A stretch of 55,938 bases of DNA from a virus (lineage: Duplodnaviria; Caudoviricetes): positions 1 through 55,938 of the IMG/VR virus record IMGVR_UViG_3300025098_000053, one strand, 5' to 3'. The notes under the pieces were generated by a model, which had not been told where the DNA came from, made no database searches, and saw only the letters and a program-made list of their open reading frames with translations. Position numbers and translations under genes: made by a program. This document shows positions 1-9,864 of this stretch, piece by piece. The first letter of the stretch is position 1, and each line of letters opens with the position of its first letter.

Positions 1-52
1 GTGGGCATGTGTGATTGTGTGTGTTTGTGAATTCCCATCGATTTACTCGCAT

Positions 53-80
53 AAAAAAACCCCAATCTTTCGACCAGGGT
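53..80 (-). terminator. Intrinsic terminator
   Basis: Minus strand ACCCTGGTC-GAAA-GATTGGGGT stem with G-U pairs, followed by a T run. Confidence 0.8.
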
Positions 81-243
81 GAAAACATCTCTGTTTTTGT
101 GGAAAGGAGTGACAAATTCCTTTGTAGCGAAGAATACTTAAACTGACCAAATCCTCAAAGATGCATGTAAAAGGAGAATCAAGCATATGATTCAATAACA
201 AAAAGCGACTTAAACATGTTTTTCAGGGAAAGTGGAAGTTCAG
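53..243 (-). ncRNA. Candidate ~190-nt sRNA
   Basis: TATAATTA on minus strand at 250-257, terminator at 53-80, no ORF in the supplied track between them, CTCCTTT anti-SD tracts. Confidence 0.4.
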
Positions 244-276
244 ATAAATTAATTATATCATCAAAGTGCAAATTGT

Positions 277-717
277 TTAATTTTTTTTGCCATTAATTTG
301 CAATATTTTTTCATGAACCCACGGGAGTGGGAGGTGTGCAATCCAAGCCCATACATTTTCAGGCGTAATTAATTTCATATCGACGTATGAATGGCCTGTT
401 CCTGAGATCATTGTGTTGAGGATGCCAATAGGATCTTCTGTTTCATAGTAGAAATCATCGATGTTTGAAGTAAGGTAATACATCATTTCTTCTTTAAAGT
501 GATTGTGCGCGTAAATCTCGGCCCCTTCTTCATCATCTGGGCCATCTTCGTCCATGAAGCCTTCCCACATCCTATCGAAAGCGTATTTTGCCAGTTGCCC
601 GACCGGTGATTCGAATCCTGAAGTGGTTTTGATTGTGCCATCTTTTTCGATTTTGATGATATCCTCGACGAGTGCCTCAAAAAATCCTTGTAAATGCCCT
701 GTTGTGTAATAAGCCAT
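277..717 (-). CDS. Hypothetical acidic protein
   Basis: 146-aa ORF with AAGGAG RBS, A/C-rich leader and TATAATTA at 777-784. Confidence 0.8.
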   Translation of the reverse strand: MAYYTTGHLQGFFEALVEDIIKIEKDGTIKTTSGFESPVGQLAKYAFDRMWEGFMDEDGPDDEEGAEIYAHNHFKEEMMYYLTSNIDDFYYETEDPIGILNTMISGTGHSYVDMKLITPENVWAWIAHLPLPWVHEKILQINGKKN

Positions 718-882
718 GATGTTCTCCTTTAGGTGGCAGGTTTATTTGCCTTTTGTGTTTTTTGTTTTTCTAAATCTAATTATATCCAGTAAGTAGAAAA
801 ATTAAAAATATAATGCACTTTTTTTTATGGGCCCCACTTAAGTTTGCAAAACGGCTGTGACGTGCCCATCTTTTGCATAGCC

Positions 883-909
883 AAAAAAAATTTTCTCGGA
901 AATCCGAGA
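883..909 (-). terminator. Probable terminator
   Basis: TCTCGGA/TCCGAGA inverted repeat followed by a T tract, just after the 915 stop. Confidence 0.55.
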
Positions 910-914
910 GCTTT

Positions 915-1136
915 TTACTTTGATATTTTATAGGCATCTTTGTTGAAAACCCATATGGGAACTGATTCTTCGCCGAGTGCTGATAGGATATGTATTTGGT
1001 GATCGCCATCTGGACGTTTATCAATGCGTAATATAACGCAGTGTTCGGGAATATCATTTCCACTGTGCCACCAGAATGGATTGACGATGTGCCATAATTC
1101 GCCGGGTTGTGGATCGTGGTGAAATATCTCTGGCAT
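915..1136 (-). CDS. Small hypothetical protein
   Basis: Start MPEIF overlaps the upstream stop; part of a three-gene minus-strand run. Confidence 0.6.
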   Translation of the reverse strand: MPEIFHHDPQPGELWHIVNPFWWHSGNDIPEHCVILRIDKRPDGDHQIHILSALGEESVPIWVFNKDAYKISK

Positions 1137-1393
1137 TATATGGCGCATCTCCCCGGGCTCATGCCGCTTTGTGATGGTGTGATGTGTGAAGCGTTTAAAT
1201 GCCTCCCCATTTCAGTTAGGCCTTGGTTGTTTTCCATGCTGTTTATGAAGCACTGTTTTGTTTCTGCGACATCTTTGGGATAATCCTCATATATTTCCTT
1301 TGGTGAGAGATTATGTTTTGCTGTGAGCATCCTGATTATTCTTAGAGATTGTGCTGCGTTTAAGTTATGTAATTGAGATTCGAATGAAATCAT
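1136..1393 (-). CDS. Hypothetical protein
   Basis: Start reassigned to MISFES, which overlaps the upstream stop. Confidence 0.6.
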   Translation of the reverse strand: MISFESQLHNLNAAQSLRIIRMLTAKHNLSPKEIYEDYPKDVAETKQCFINSMENNQGLTEMGRHLNASHITPSQSGMSPGRCAI

Positions 1394-1650
1394 TTGAATG
1401 GATCCTTTCCTGCTTTGCGTTGTTCTGCGGCCCAAGATGCACCACCGTTTGACGCGCCATTATATCCTGAAGAGTACCACCCTGCTCCTTTTAATCTAAA
1501 GTTTTTGCAAAAATCTGTTTTCAATCTTTCACACATTGTGCCACATTTCGGGCAAGGTGTTGGATCTTGATATTCGTCCATTGATTTCTTTGCTGTGAAT
1601 TCTCTGGCATCACATTCCTCGTTTGTGCAAGCGTATCTATAATCAGGCAT
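1390..1650 (-). CDS. FmdB-family zinc-ribbon protein
   Basis: MPDYRYAC-x4-C...CPKCG...FRLKGAGWY pattern typical of FmdB-like regulators. Confidence 0.85.
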   Translation of the reverse strand: MPDYRYACTNEECDAREFTAKKSMDEYQDPTPCPKCGTMCERLKTDFCKNFRLKGAGWYSSGYNGASNGGASWAAEQRKAGKDPFK

Positions 1651-1742
1651 AATAAATTCCTTTCATTTATTTTTTATATTTTCGTTATAGTAGATATAAT
1701 TATATATATAAAACAGATTTATTAAATAAAAGGATAAAAAAA

Positions 1743-2024
1743 ATGGAAGAAGAAAAGCAAATCGCCCCAGAGCCTATTGAAGAAGAAGTTGTTCATCCCA
1801 CATGCGACAATTGCCAATGTGAAGAAGGTGATCCGCCATGCCAGCCGCGAAAGAAGCGTAAGTATGTTCGAAAGGATCCTAATAAGAAGATAACACGAAA
1901 GAGATCTCCTGAACATAATGAAAAGATTGCTGCTGCGCTTCGTGGTCGAACATTGGATCCAGCGCATCGTGATGCAATTGCGCAATCGATGATTGGTAAT
2001 TCCAATAGAAACGGGGCAAAATAA
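1743..2024 (+). CDS. Stand-alone NUMOD3-like DNA-binding protein
   Basis: RSPEHNEKIAAALRGR and LDPAHRDAIAQSMIGN repeats, Cys cluster, AAGGA RBS. Confidence 0.65.
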   Translation: MEEEKQIAPEPIEEEVVHPTCDNCQCEEGDPPCQPRKKRKYVRKDPNKKITRKRSPEHNEKIAAALRGRTLDPAHRDAIAQSMIGNSNRNGAK

Positions 2025-2139
2025 TGTGTGGCCAAGTTGTTGTCGATCACGTCCTGCAAATGTGTTATGTTATCCCTTGTGAATATCTGCACGTTTCTTA
2101 TAATTATTTTGAGCGCTTGGTCGAGTTAGGAATTGTGTA

Positions 2140-3834
2140 ATGAATAAAGATGCATTAAATAAATTAATTGGATCCGCAGAAGGCCGGAGAGCTTTGTCAG
2201 CAGCTTCCCCGATTTTCTTTGATAAATACTATTTAAAAATGACGCCAGCAAAACATAGATCAAACTGGTTAAACACAATTGATCGTTTGGAAAGTGAGGC
2301 AGCATCAAGTGGGCAAAAAAAGAAATTGCTCGTGCTAAGCCCCAGAAGCCATGGGAAATCGTTGCTAAGTGCATCATTTGCTCTGAGGAAGATATGTTTG
2401 AATAGAAATGTATCTATCCTATTTATCAGCGCATCTGCAGGGCAGGCAGAAAAGAGAGTTCGTTTGATAAAAACCTTTATGGATTCTCCAACTGTGCAAG
2501 AAGATTGGTGTGGTGAAGGGTGTATTCCGTTTGAAGGAGGATCCGCTAAATTTACAGCAACACAAATATATGTGCAGCGTGATGGTAAATCTGTTGATCC
2601 AACAATAGAAGCTGTTGGCGCTGGTGGATCTATAACTGGGGCGCACGTTGATATTGTTATTATTGACGACCTTGAAGATGAGCGTACATGTGCATCTGCA
2701 GGTGTTCGACAAAAAACAAGAGATTGGCTTGCAGCAACTGTAACACCTATATTAAATCAGGGTGGATTGATGTTGGTTATTGGAACGAGAAAAAGTGGGG
2801 ATGATATTTATCATCACATGATTAATGATCCAACGTTTGAAGTTATACAAGAGCCTGCAATAATAAAATGGCCCACAACATATGAATATATTGTTGAACG
2901 CATGGAAAGTGGTCGTGAAGTTTTAAAAGATGTTGTTACTTCAGGGGATGAAGAAGTTCTTTGGCCAGAGTTTCGTGATATAAAATATTTATTAATGGAA
3001 CGTCGTTCAATGGGTTCAACATTATTCGAAAGAGAAATGCAAAATAAAATTATTGCTGCTGAAGATAGTGTTATTAAATCTGATTGGATTGCAGAATGTA
3101 AAACAAGCACATACACGTTCGATATGTATCCACCGCAGTTAGATTTATCAAAATGTGTTGTTGCACAAGGATGGGATCTTGCAATCGAATCTGATGCAAA
3201 GAAAGCAGCTAAAAAGGATAGTGATTTCACAGTGGGATGGACGATTGCAAAGGATACAAAAACAGGAATATATTGGGTATTAGATGTTTTCAGGGATCGA
3301 GGTTTATCACAGCAAAAAATAATGGATGAAATTGTAAAGATGTATAATAAACATAAGGATTATGTAAGAAGAGTTGCTGTGGAAAAGAATTCATTTGGTG
3401 CGTTGCATGTTGATGCACTGATGAAACATACAGATTTACCTGTAAGAGGTGTAATAATGAGCAAGAAAAATTCTCTTAAAATAAAAATACACAGATTAGC
3501 TGTTTTATTTGAGAATAAACTTGTTCGTTTTCCCTATATGGATGAAAACTGTCGTCAAATAATGAATGCTTTTGAGGAAGAAGCTATTTCTTGGCCATTT
3601 GCAAAACATGATGATACTTTAACTTCCTTAAAATGGGCAATCGAAGAAGTGGATTCAAATTCAGGAAACTATTCTGTAAGTTTTGGCACACAAATGTATG
3701 GTGCAGATGGAGAGTTATCTGAAGGTAAAGGTGATCAAAAAACTATGGATGATTTCTGGATGCAGTTTAGAGCATCTGATGATTGGGAAGAACATGCAGA
3801 TCCAAATTACTTTGGAGATAAAGATAAAAAATAA
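2140..3834 (+). CDS. terL: Terminase large subunit
   Basis: Walker A SPRSHGKS, Walker B IVIIDDLE, coupling motif IGT, nuclease motifs GWDLAI, DFT and HDD. Confidence 0.95.
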   Translation: MNKDALNKLIGSAEGRRALSAASPIFFDKYYLKMTPAKHRSNWLNTIDRLESEAASSGQKKKLLVLSPRSHGKSLLSASFALRKICLNRNVSILFISASAGQAEKRVRLIKTFMDSPTVQEDWCGEGCIPFEGGSAKFTATQIYVQRDGKSVDPTIEAVGAGGSITGAHVDIVIIDDLEDERTCASAGVRQKTRDWLAATVTPILNQGGLMLVIGTRKSGDDIYHHMINDPTFEVIQEPAIIKWPTTYEYIVERMESGREVLKDVVTSGDEEVLWPEFRDIKYLLMERRSMGSTLFEREMQNKIIAAEDSVIKSDWIAECKTSTYTFDMYPPQLDLSKCVVAQGWDLAIESDAKKAAKKDSDFTVGWTIAKDTKTGIYWVLDVFRDRGLSQQKIMDEIVKMYNKHKDYVRRVAVEKNSFGALHVDALMKHTDLPVRGVIMSKKNSLKIKIHRLAVLFENKLVRFPYMDENCRQIMNAFEEEAISWPFAKHDDTLTSLKWAIEEVDSNSGNYSVSFGTQMYGADGELSEGKGDQKTMDDFWMQFRASDDWEEHADPNYFGDKDKK

Positions 3835-4005
3835 CTTAATTAATTAACTTGGATTTAAGTTCTAAGTATATGATATGATTATATTTTATTTAAGTTAATT
3901 AAGTTAATGAATTAAGTTGTTTATTTAAGTTGATTTAAGTTAGTTGATTTAAGTTCGAATTAAGTTCAAGTTAAATAATAAAGTTATTAAGTTATTTAAG
4001 TTCGA
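3835..4005. repeat. TTAAGTT iteron-like repeat field
   Basis: More than ten TTAAGTT/TAAGTT copies in an extremely AT-rich non-coding tract. Confidence 0.75.
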
Positions 4006-4016
4006 TTTGCAAATAT

Positions 4017-4045
4017 AAAAAAACCTTAGCTTTTGGGCCAAGGTT
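4017..4045 (-). terminator. Intrinsic terminator
   Basis: AACCTTGGC-loop-GCTAAGGTT followed by a T run on the minus strand. Confidence 0.75.
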
Positions 4046-4062
4046 GAAATAATATTAGTAAG

Positions 4063-4150
4063 TATAGAATTAATCTCTGTTTGTTTGTTTTTTATAATCC
4101 ATATGTTTTAATGTATTGTTGCAGAAAATTAAACAGAGATTAACGTCGTG
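4063..4150 (-). repeat. 88-bp bipartite element, copy A
   Basis: Arm CACGACGTTAATCTCTGTTTAA (4129-4150, minus); 13-bp perfect inverted match at 4070-4082. Confidence 0.75.
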
Positions 4151-4163
4151 TTTGTGGCGTATA

Positions 4164-4382
4164 TTATGAAGCCTTCGATTGAACCTCCTCTTGCTTAGGT
4201 GTTTGATCAACAGCTTCTGGAACAAATAATTTGATTGTTTCAAAAATTAAAGATGCATCCTGAAGGGAAAAGATCCCAGCTCTTTGAGATGCTTCTGCTG
4301 CATTAATCAAGATTTGAACACCTTGAATTTGCTGAAGGTTTAATGTTAGAGTTGGCTCAACTGTTTCTTTTTCATCACTCAT
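4164..4382 (-). CDS. Small hypothetical protein
   Basis: 72 aa, AAGGAG RBS, helical core QRAGIFSLQDASLIF. Confidence 0.8.
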   Translation of the reverse strand: MSDEKETVEPTLTLNLQQIQGVQILINAAEASQRAGIFSLQDASLIFETIKLFVPEAVDQTPKQEEVQSKAS

Positions 4383-4612
4383 CAGATTCTTTCTCCTTTA
4401 TATTAAAAATACTGATATATAGTTAGTTTATTATATTATAGTTTCTATTTACTAATAGATAATAAAAAACAGATCTATATCTAAAGTGTTCTGTAATTAT
4501 TATATTCTATTCTTAAGATAGCTGATATTAGTAAGTATTTAGTATATAGATCTGTTATTATTAAGTATGTATTAACATATCAATTATCTGAAACTTTTAC
4601 AAATTAATTTTT

Positions 4613-4712
4613 TATTTTATTTAAGTTAATTAAGTTATTTAAGTTCTAAGTATATAATATTATTTAAGTTTATCTTAAGTTGAGGTACGAAACTTAAATA
4701 AATCTTAAATTA
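4613..4712. repeat. Second TTAAGTT field with 28-bp hairpin, origin candidate
   Basis: 25-bp direct repeat of 3882-3906 at 4613-4637; 4675-4702 is identical to 46032-46059. Confidence 0.7.
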
Positions 4713-4969
4713 AATATAAAATAATTTTATAAATTTAGATGTTAGAGTATATATAATACTATAGATAATTAGATAATATATAAATAGATAATAAGAACCG
4801 GTTCAAATTATTAGTCGTTAGAATATTATACTATACTTAATTTTCAGTATGTAAAACTTTTTTTTCTAAAAAGGTACTTTAACATATAATTAACTATGTA
4901 TTAAAATTAATTTTACAAAATTACTGTATCTTCATATAATACGTTATAGATAATTAGTGAGTATAGAAG

Positions 4970-5332
4970 ATGAAATTAACTAAAGATTTTCAATTAAAGA
5001 TAAAGAAACATTTAAACAAAAAGTTTGATGTTGTTCAATCATCTTTATTACAAGAAACATATTATGATCAAGAGGAAGAAATACTTTTAGTAAAGTTTGC
5101 AAATGCAGATGATATTTACTTGTATAATCTTCCTTTATCTGTGTATAAATCTTTTTGTATGAGTGAAAGTAAAGGAAGTTTCTTTTCCCGGAAAATAAAA
5201 AAGAACTATCCTTGGTGTAAAATTGAAAACGACATCGTTCAAAAAGCGCAGCCTTCTGATAATATTTCAGGAGATTCCTCGCTTGAGAGTTTTTTGGATC
5301 AAACCCAAAACCATGGTTTCACAAAAATTTAA
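4970..5332 (+). CDS. KTSC domain protein
   Basis: VQSSLL...YD...LLVKF...YLY...Y..F...SKGSFF...IK signature. Confidence 0.85.
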   Translation: MKLTKDFQLKIKKHLNKKFDVVQSSLLQETYYDQEEEILLVKFANADDIYLYNLPLSVYKSFCMSESKGSFFSRKIKKNYPWCKIENDIVQKAQPSDNISGDSSLESFLDQTQNHGFTKI

Positions 5333-5349
5333 TTGATAAGGAGTTATAA

Positions 5350-6102
5350 ATGGCCATTACCTATAGAACAAGAAAATTTTCTATTCCTCTAAGAGTGAAT
5401 AAAGTACGCGAGGAAGTTGAGATTGAACTTGCCTCTCTCGACCTTGATGGAGAAACGATTGCATTGCGCGACGTTGCAGATAACGGCGTTGTTACGCTTG
5501 AATTTGAAGATTCATCTGATACATTTGATGGATCAACACTTGGCAATGGAAATATTGCTGTTGGTATCAAAAATGCAGGAACAGCTGCAGAAATGAATAG
5601 AAGAGTTTCTGTTGCATATGCAGGATCACAATCACCTGATACTTTAATTGTTGGGTATAAATCAGATAAGCTTTCAATCAAACAAACAATCCATGGTGAT
5701 GTTATTACTGCAGTCGTATCAGATGCTGCTAAATTGGTAATCACAGAAATTGCTGCTGGATCTGATGGTAATGCTAATCCAGATATTAATGCTGGTGCAG
5801 CAACTTTAAGTGTTGATTCAAGCAACTTAGGATTTAATCCTGCTCTTGATACACTTAAGCTTCAAGTAAATTGTAATGATTATAAAGGCGACGGCTCAGG
5901 AGAATTTGATGTTTCTGTACGTCCTGCTGGATCAGAAATATATGCTCTTGCTTCTGAAAATAATATTGCTGGTGCCGACGTGGTAATCATTGGTGGCCAA
6001 AGCAACTCTATCGTATTTGATGGTGTTAAGCTTGATCTTACAGGCGTAACTGCAGCAGATGCAGCAATTTACTTAACCTTTATTTCAGAGGAGGCCAAGT
6101 AA
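5350..6102 (+). CDS. Putative virion structural protein
   Basis: 250 aa, beta-rich A/G/D/S composition, AAGGAG RBS, coupled to the fibre gene. Confidence 0.6.
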   Translation: MAITYRTRKFSIPLRVNKVREEVEIELASLDLDGETIALRDVADNGVVTLEFEDSSDTFDGSTLGNGNIAVGIKNAGTAAEMNRRVSVAYAGSQSPDTLIVGYKSDKLSIKQTIHGDVITAVVSDAAKLVITEIAAGSDGNANPDINAGAATLSVDSSNLGFNPALDTLKLQVNCNDYKGDGSGEFDVSVRPAGSEIYALASENNIAGADVVIIGGQSNSIVFDGVKLDLTGVTAADAAIYLTFISEEAK

Positions 6103-6103
6103 T

Positions 6104-9100
6104 ATGTCGATTAAATACGCAAAAATATCACAAGGCACGAAGATCGAGCCTGGGTTGATACAAGTTGCGACAATTGCAGAAGCTTTAGCCGGAACAAATG
6201 AGTTCAAAGCTATCACACCTGCTTTGCTTGAATCAAAACTTGCACAACTCATTGATAGCGCACCGGGCGCTCTCGATACTTTAAACGAACTTGCTGCAGC
6301 AATTAATGATGATGCTAATTTTTCAACAACTATTGCAGCACAAATAACAAATTTACAAAATCAAATCAGCAGCCTAAGTGGTGGTGGAGCATCAAATCAG
6401 ATTGAGCTTGATAACACACAATCAGCTGCAGGTTTAGCAACAAACGGCGATTATATTCAAGATAGCACAACAAACTTTCTTGGATCAGCAACATCATTGG
6501 CAAATGCCGATTTTCGTTTAGATGCACAAATCAAAACCAATGCTGATGATATTGCATCATTAGGAAATGGAAGTTTTGCTGCACTTCAAGCAGAAGTTGA
6601 TGCTGTTGAAGGTGGAGTTGGATTATCAACTGCAGGCGCACATGTTGCAAGAAGTGGTACAAACTATTTAGATAGTGCAACCACGATTGCTGGAGAGATC
6701 ACTTTATTAGATACACAGGTTGATACCAATGAAAGTGCAATAAGTACAAACGCCAGCAATCTGAGCACCGAGATAACAAATAGAACATCTGGTGATACAG
6801 CGCTTCAAACTTTGGCAGATGCTCATGAATCAGCAATTGGTTTAAGCACTGCTGGCGCTTATGAAAGTCGTTCTGGCACAAACTTCCTCGATTCTGCTTC
6901 AAGCATTGTTGGTGAAATTACTGCACTCGATACTGCTGTTCAAGCAAATGTTTCTTCATTGGCAACAAAAGCAACTGCAACTGCATTATCAGCACTCGAT
7001 ACTCGCGTATCGGCTGCAGAATCAGATATTGATGCAGAAGAAGTTAAATCAGCAGATTTTGAATCACGTCTTACAACTCTTGAAGGTGGATCATCAACAG
7101 TTGCATTACAAAATGAGTTAGATGCAACACAAGCTGGTGCAGGATTAAATTCGAATGGTTCATATACTGCAATAAGTGGCGCAACATTTGCAACTGGAGC
7201 AACTTTAAAAGCTGCTGTAACACAATTAGATACACAGTTAAATACAACTCAAACTGATTTAGATACAGCAGAATCTTCCATATCAAGCCTTTCAAGTTCA
7301 TTAAGTGGAAAAGCCAATACATCTGTTGTAACAGCATTGGCAGCAACTGTTGATGCAGGAGAAGCGGCTGTTGGATTAGAAACAGATGGATCATTTAGTG
7401 CAAACTCAAGTGGAAACTTTATATCTTCAGCAACTACGGTTCGTGGAGAAATCAATGCATTAGATACACAACTTCAAACAACTGTTGGAGATCTTTCAAA
7501 CCTTTCATCAACAGTAACTACTCTCTCAAGTGCCGGATCTACTAACGCAACAGAGATCACAGCATTAGAGAATGAAGTTGATGCAACACAAGCTGGTGCC
7601 GGGTTGGGAACAACTGGTGCTTATGGTGCAAACAGTGGAAGTAATTACATTGGATCTGCAACTTCATTAAAAGATGCTGATGATAAACTTGATGCACAAA
7701 TTAAAACTAATGAAGATGATATTGCAACAAACACAGCAAGTATTGCAACTAATACATCAGCAATTGCAAGTAAAGCAGCAAGCTCTACAACTACAGCAAT
7801 TCAAACTGAAGTTGATGCTATTGAAACAGCTGTTGGATTAGATTCTAACGGTGGTATAACATATACATCAACTCCAAGCTTATTTAGTGCATCTGATTCA
7901 TTAAAAGTTGCTGTTGAAACATTAGATGGTGAAATTGCGACTAACGCTGGTGATATACTTGGTAATGCAAATCAAATTACTGCACAAATTGCTTTAAACA
8001 ATACACAGGAAACTGCGATAGGTTTATCATCAACAGGAACATATGTTTCTCGCTCTGGCACAAACTATCTTGATTCAGCTTCTTCAATTGTTGGAGAGAT
8101 AACCGCACTTGATACACAAGTTAAAGCTAACTTCGATTCATTAGCAACAAAGGCAACTGCAATTCAATTATCAGCTCTCGATCTTAGAGTTACTAATGCT
8201 GAAGGTGATATTGATGATTTAGAAACTTTATCAACTACTCATGAAACTAACATTGGTTTAGATTCTGATGGTGGATATACAGCAATTTCTGGTGCAAACT
8301 ATGCAACAAGTGGAACAAGTTTAAAAGCTGCTATTACTCAATTAGATACACAGCTTAAAACTACTCAAGATGAAGTTGATGCAGAAGAAACAGCAAGAGC
8401 TGCTGCAGATACTACATTAACTACTGCAATAAATCAAGTTGAAACATCTGTTGGATTAAATGCAAATGGTACGTTCCAAACATATAGTGGATCAAATTAT
8501 CTTGATTCTGCTGCAACAGTTCGCGCAGCAACATTAGCATTAGATACACAACTTGGAACAACTCAAGGTGATTTGGATACAGAAGAAGCTGCAAGAGCTG
8601 CTGCTGATGCAACATTAACTACTGCAGTTAATACCGTTGAAGCATCTGTTGGTTTAGAGGCAGATGGATCATTAAGTATAACAGGAACAAACTTTATCAA
8701 TGGCCAAGCAACTGTTGTTGCGGCTGTTAAGGTTTTAGATACAAACCAGAACTTGATAAATGATATTCAAGGAAATATCAGAACTTCAGTTGGTTTGCAA
8801 ACAGCAGGAACTAAGGCAAATTATGCAAACACAAACTTCATTGGAAATAGTGATAGTTTAAAAGCTGCCATTGAAGCTTTGGATGCACAAGTTAAAACTA
8901 ATGAAACAGATATTTCAAGCGTTAGTGGTGGAAGTATTTCTGCACTACAAACTGAAGTTGATGCAATTGAAACTGCAGCAGGTTTAAGTTCTTCTGGGGC
9001 ATATGTTGCACACAGTGGCACTAACTTTATGGATAGTGCTTCTACAATTCCAGCTGCTCGTGAAGCATTAGATACAAAACTTAAAACTGTTGCTGATGAT

Positions 9101-9391
9101 CTTGATACTGCGGAAGCAGCAATCGTAAGTAATGATACAGATATCGCTTCATTACAAGTTCGTGGTGGTGGTTTATTTGAACAAGATGATGATCATGTTA
9201 TCTTTAACGATGCACCAAAATTCAGAGGCCACTTTGGCCCATTCCAAGTTGATTTACTTGCAGCCTTAGCAACTTTCCCAACTACATTTGATTTTGAGTT
9301 TTACGGAGAAAAAGCTGAGCGTGAAGGAGATCGACACTTTCTTGTTAATGGCGACGGAGATATTACATTCACAGGCGTATCAACCAATTAA
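6104..9391 (+). CDS. Long segmented coiled-coil fibre (head fibre or whisker-like)
   Basis: N-terminal LIDSAPGALDTLNELAAAINDD fibre motif; about 13 GLxxxG...GTNY/F...LDTQ repeats. Confidence 0.75.
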   Translation: MSIKYAKISQGTKIEPGLIQVATIAEALAGTNEFKAITPALLESKLAQLIDSAPGALDTLNELAAAINDDANFSTTIAAQITNLQNQISSLSGGGASNQIELDNTQSAAGLATNGDYIQDSTTNFLGSATSLANADFRLDAQIKTNADDIASLGNGSFAALQAEVDAVEGGVGLSTAGAHVARSGTNYLDSATTIAGEITLLDTQVDTNESAISTNASNLSTEITNRTSGDTALQTLADAHESAIGLSTAGAYESRSGTNFLDSASSIVGEITALDTAVQANVSSLATKATATALSALDTRVSAAESDIDAEEVKSADFESRLTTLEGGSSTVALQNELDATQAGAGLNSNGSYTAISGATFATGATLKAAVTQLDTQLNTTQTDLDTAESSISSLSSSLSGKANTSVVTALAATVDAGEAAVGLETDGSFSANSSGNFISSATTVRGEINALDTQLQTTVGDLSNLSSTVTTLSSAGSTNATEITALENEVDATQAGAGLGTTGAYGANSGSNYIGSATSLKDADDKLDAQIKTNEDDIATNTASIATNTSAIASKAASSTTTAIQTEVDAIETAVGLDSNGGITYTSTPSLFSASDSLKVAVETLDGEIATNAGDILGNANQITAQIALNNTQETAIGLSSTGTYVSRSGTNYLDSASSIVGEITALDTQVKANFDSLATKATAIQLSALDLRVTNAEGDIDDLETLSTTHETNIGLDSDGGYTAISGANYATSGTSLKAAITQLDTQLKTTQDEVDAEETARAAADTTLTTAINQVETSVGLNANGTFQTYSGSNYLDSAATVRAATLALDTQLGTTQGDLDTEEAARAAADATLTTAVNTVEASVGLEADGSLSITGTNFINGQATVVAAVKVLDTNQNLINDIQGNIRTSVGLQTAGTKANYANTNFIGNSDSLKAAIEALDAQVKTNETDISSVSGGSISALQTEVDAIETAAGLSSSGAYVAHSGTNFMDSASTIPAAREALDTKLKTVADDLDTAEAAIVSNDTDIASLQVRGGGLFEQDDDHVIFNDAPKFRGHFGPFQVDLLAALATFPTTFDFEFYGEKAEREGDRHFLVNGDGDITFTGVSTN

Positions 9392-9468
9392 TCCCGGTTT
9401 TTTGGAAGATACTTCCTTGATTGAATATATATAAAACAAATAAAGCAAAAACAGAGATCAAACCATGA
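9381..9468 (-). repeat. 88-bp bipartite element, degenerate copy G
   Basis: AATTAATCCCGGTTT and AAACAGAGATCAA arms at the same spacing as copy A. Confidence 0.5.
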
Positions 9469-9737
9469 ACCCTAATTTATCAAATGCAATGAAAACCTTT
9501 TGGGAAAATAAAACTTCTGAAGAAAAGATGGAAATCAATTCAAAAAGAGGTTCAACAATAAAGAATAATTGTATATACATGAAAAATGAGGGTCGATCTT
9601 ATCCGTGCAAGTTCGAATTCGTATTGGATCGCCTCGCACTCGGACATCTTATCGTTTCTACAAATTTAAATAGAGCGAAAGTTGCGAACTTCTTTGGGGA
9701 AATACCTGAGCTATTTTTTACAAAAAATAAAAAATAA
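9465..9737 (+). CDS. Small basic protein with NUMOD-like N-terminus
   Basis: LSNAMKTFWENKTSEEK motif; no nuclease domain. Confidence 0.5.
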   Translation: MNPNLSNAMKTFWENKTSEEKMEINSKRGSTIKNNCIYMKNEGRSYPCKFEFVLDRLALGHLIVSTNLNRAKVANFFGEIPELFFTKNKK

Positions 9738-9864
9738 ATTTAAAGTTTGGCAACTAAACATATAATTATAGATAGTTTATAAAATATTTTTTTTTGATTG
9801 ACAAATTGAAATATGGTTAGCTGCAGAAAATTACGCAAAACAAAAAATCTTATAGGAGTATAAC

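Noticed and set aside
1-40. Terminal inverted repeat with the right end
   Set aside because: Only a loose compositional mirror (GT-rich versus CA-rich); no exact repeat
3835-4005. CRISPR array
   Set aside because: Repeats are 6-7 bp and irregularly spaced with no unique spacers; no cas genes
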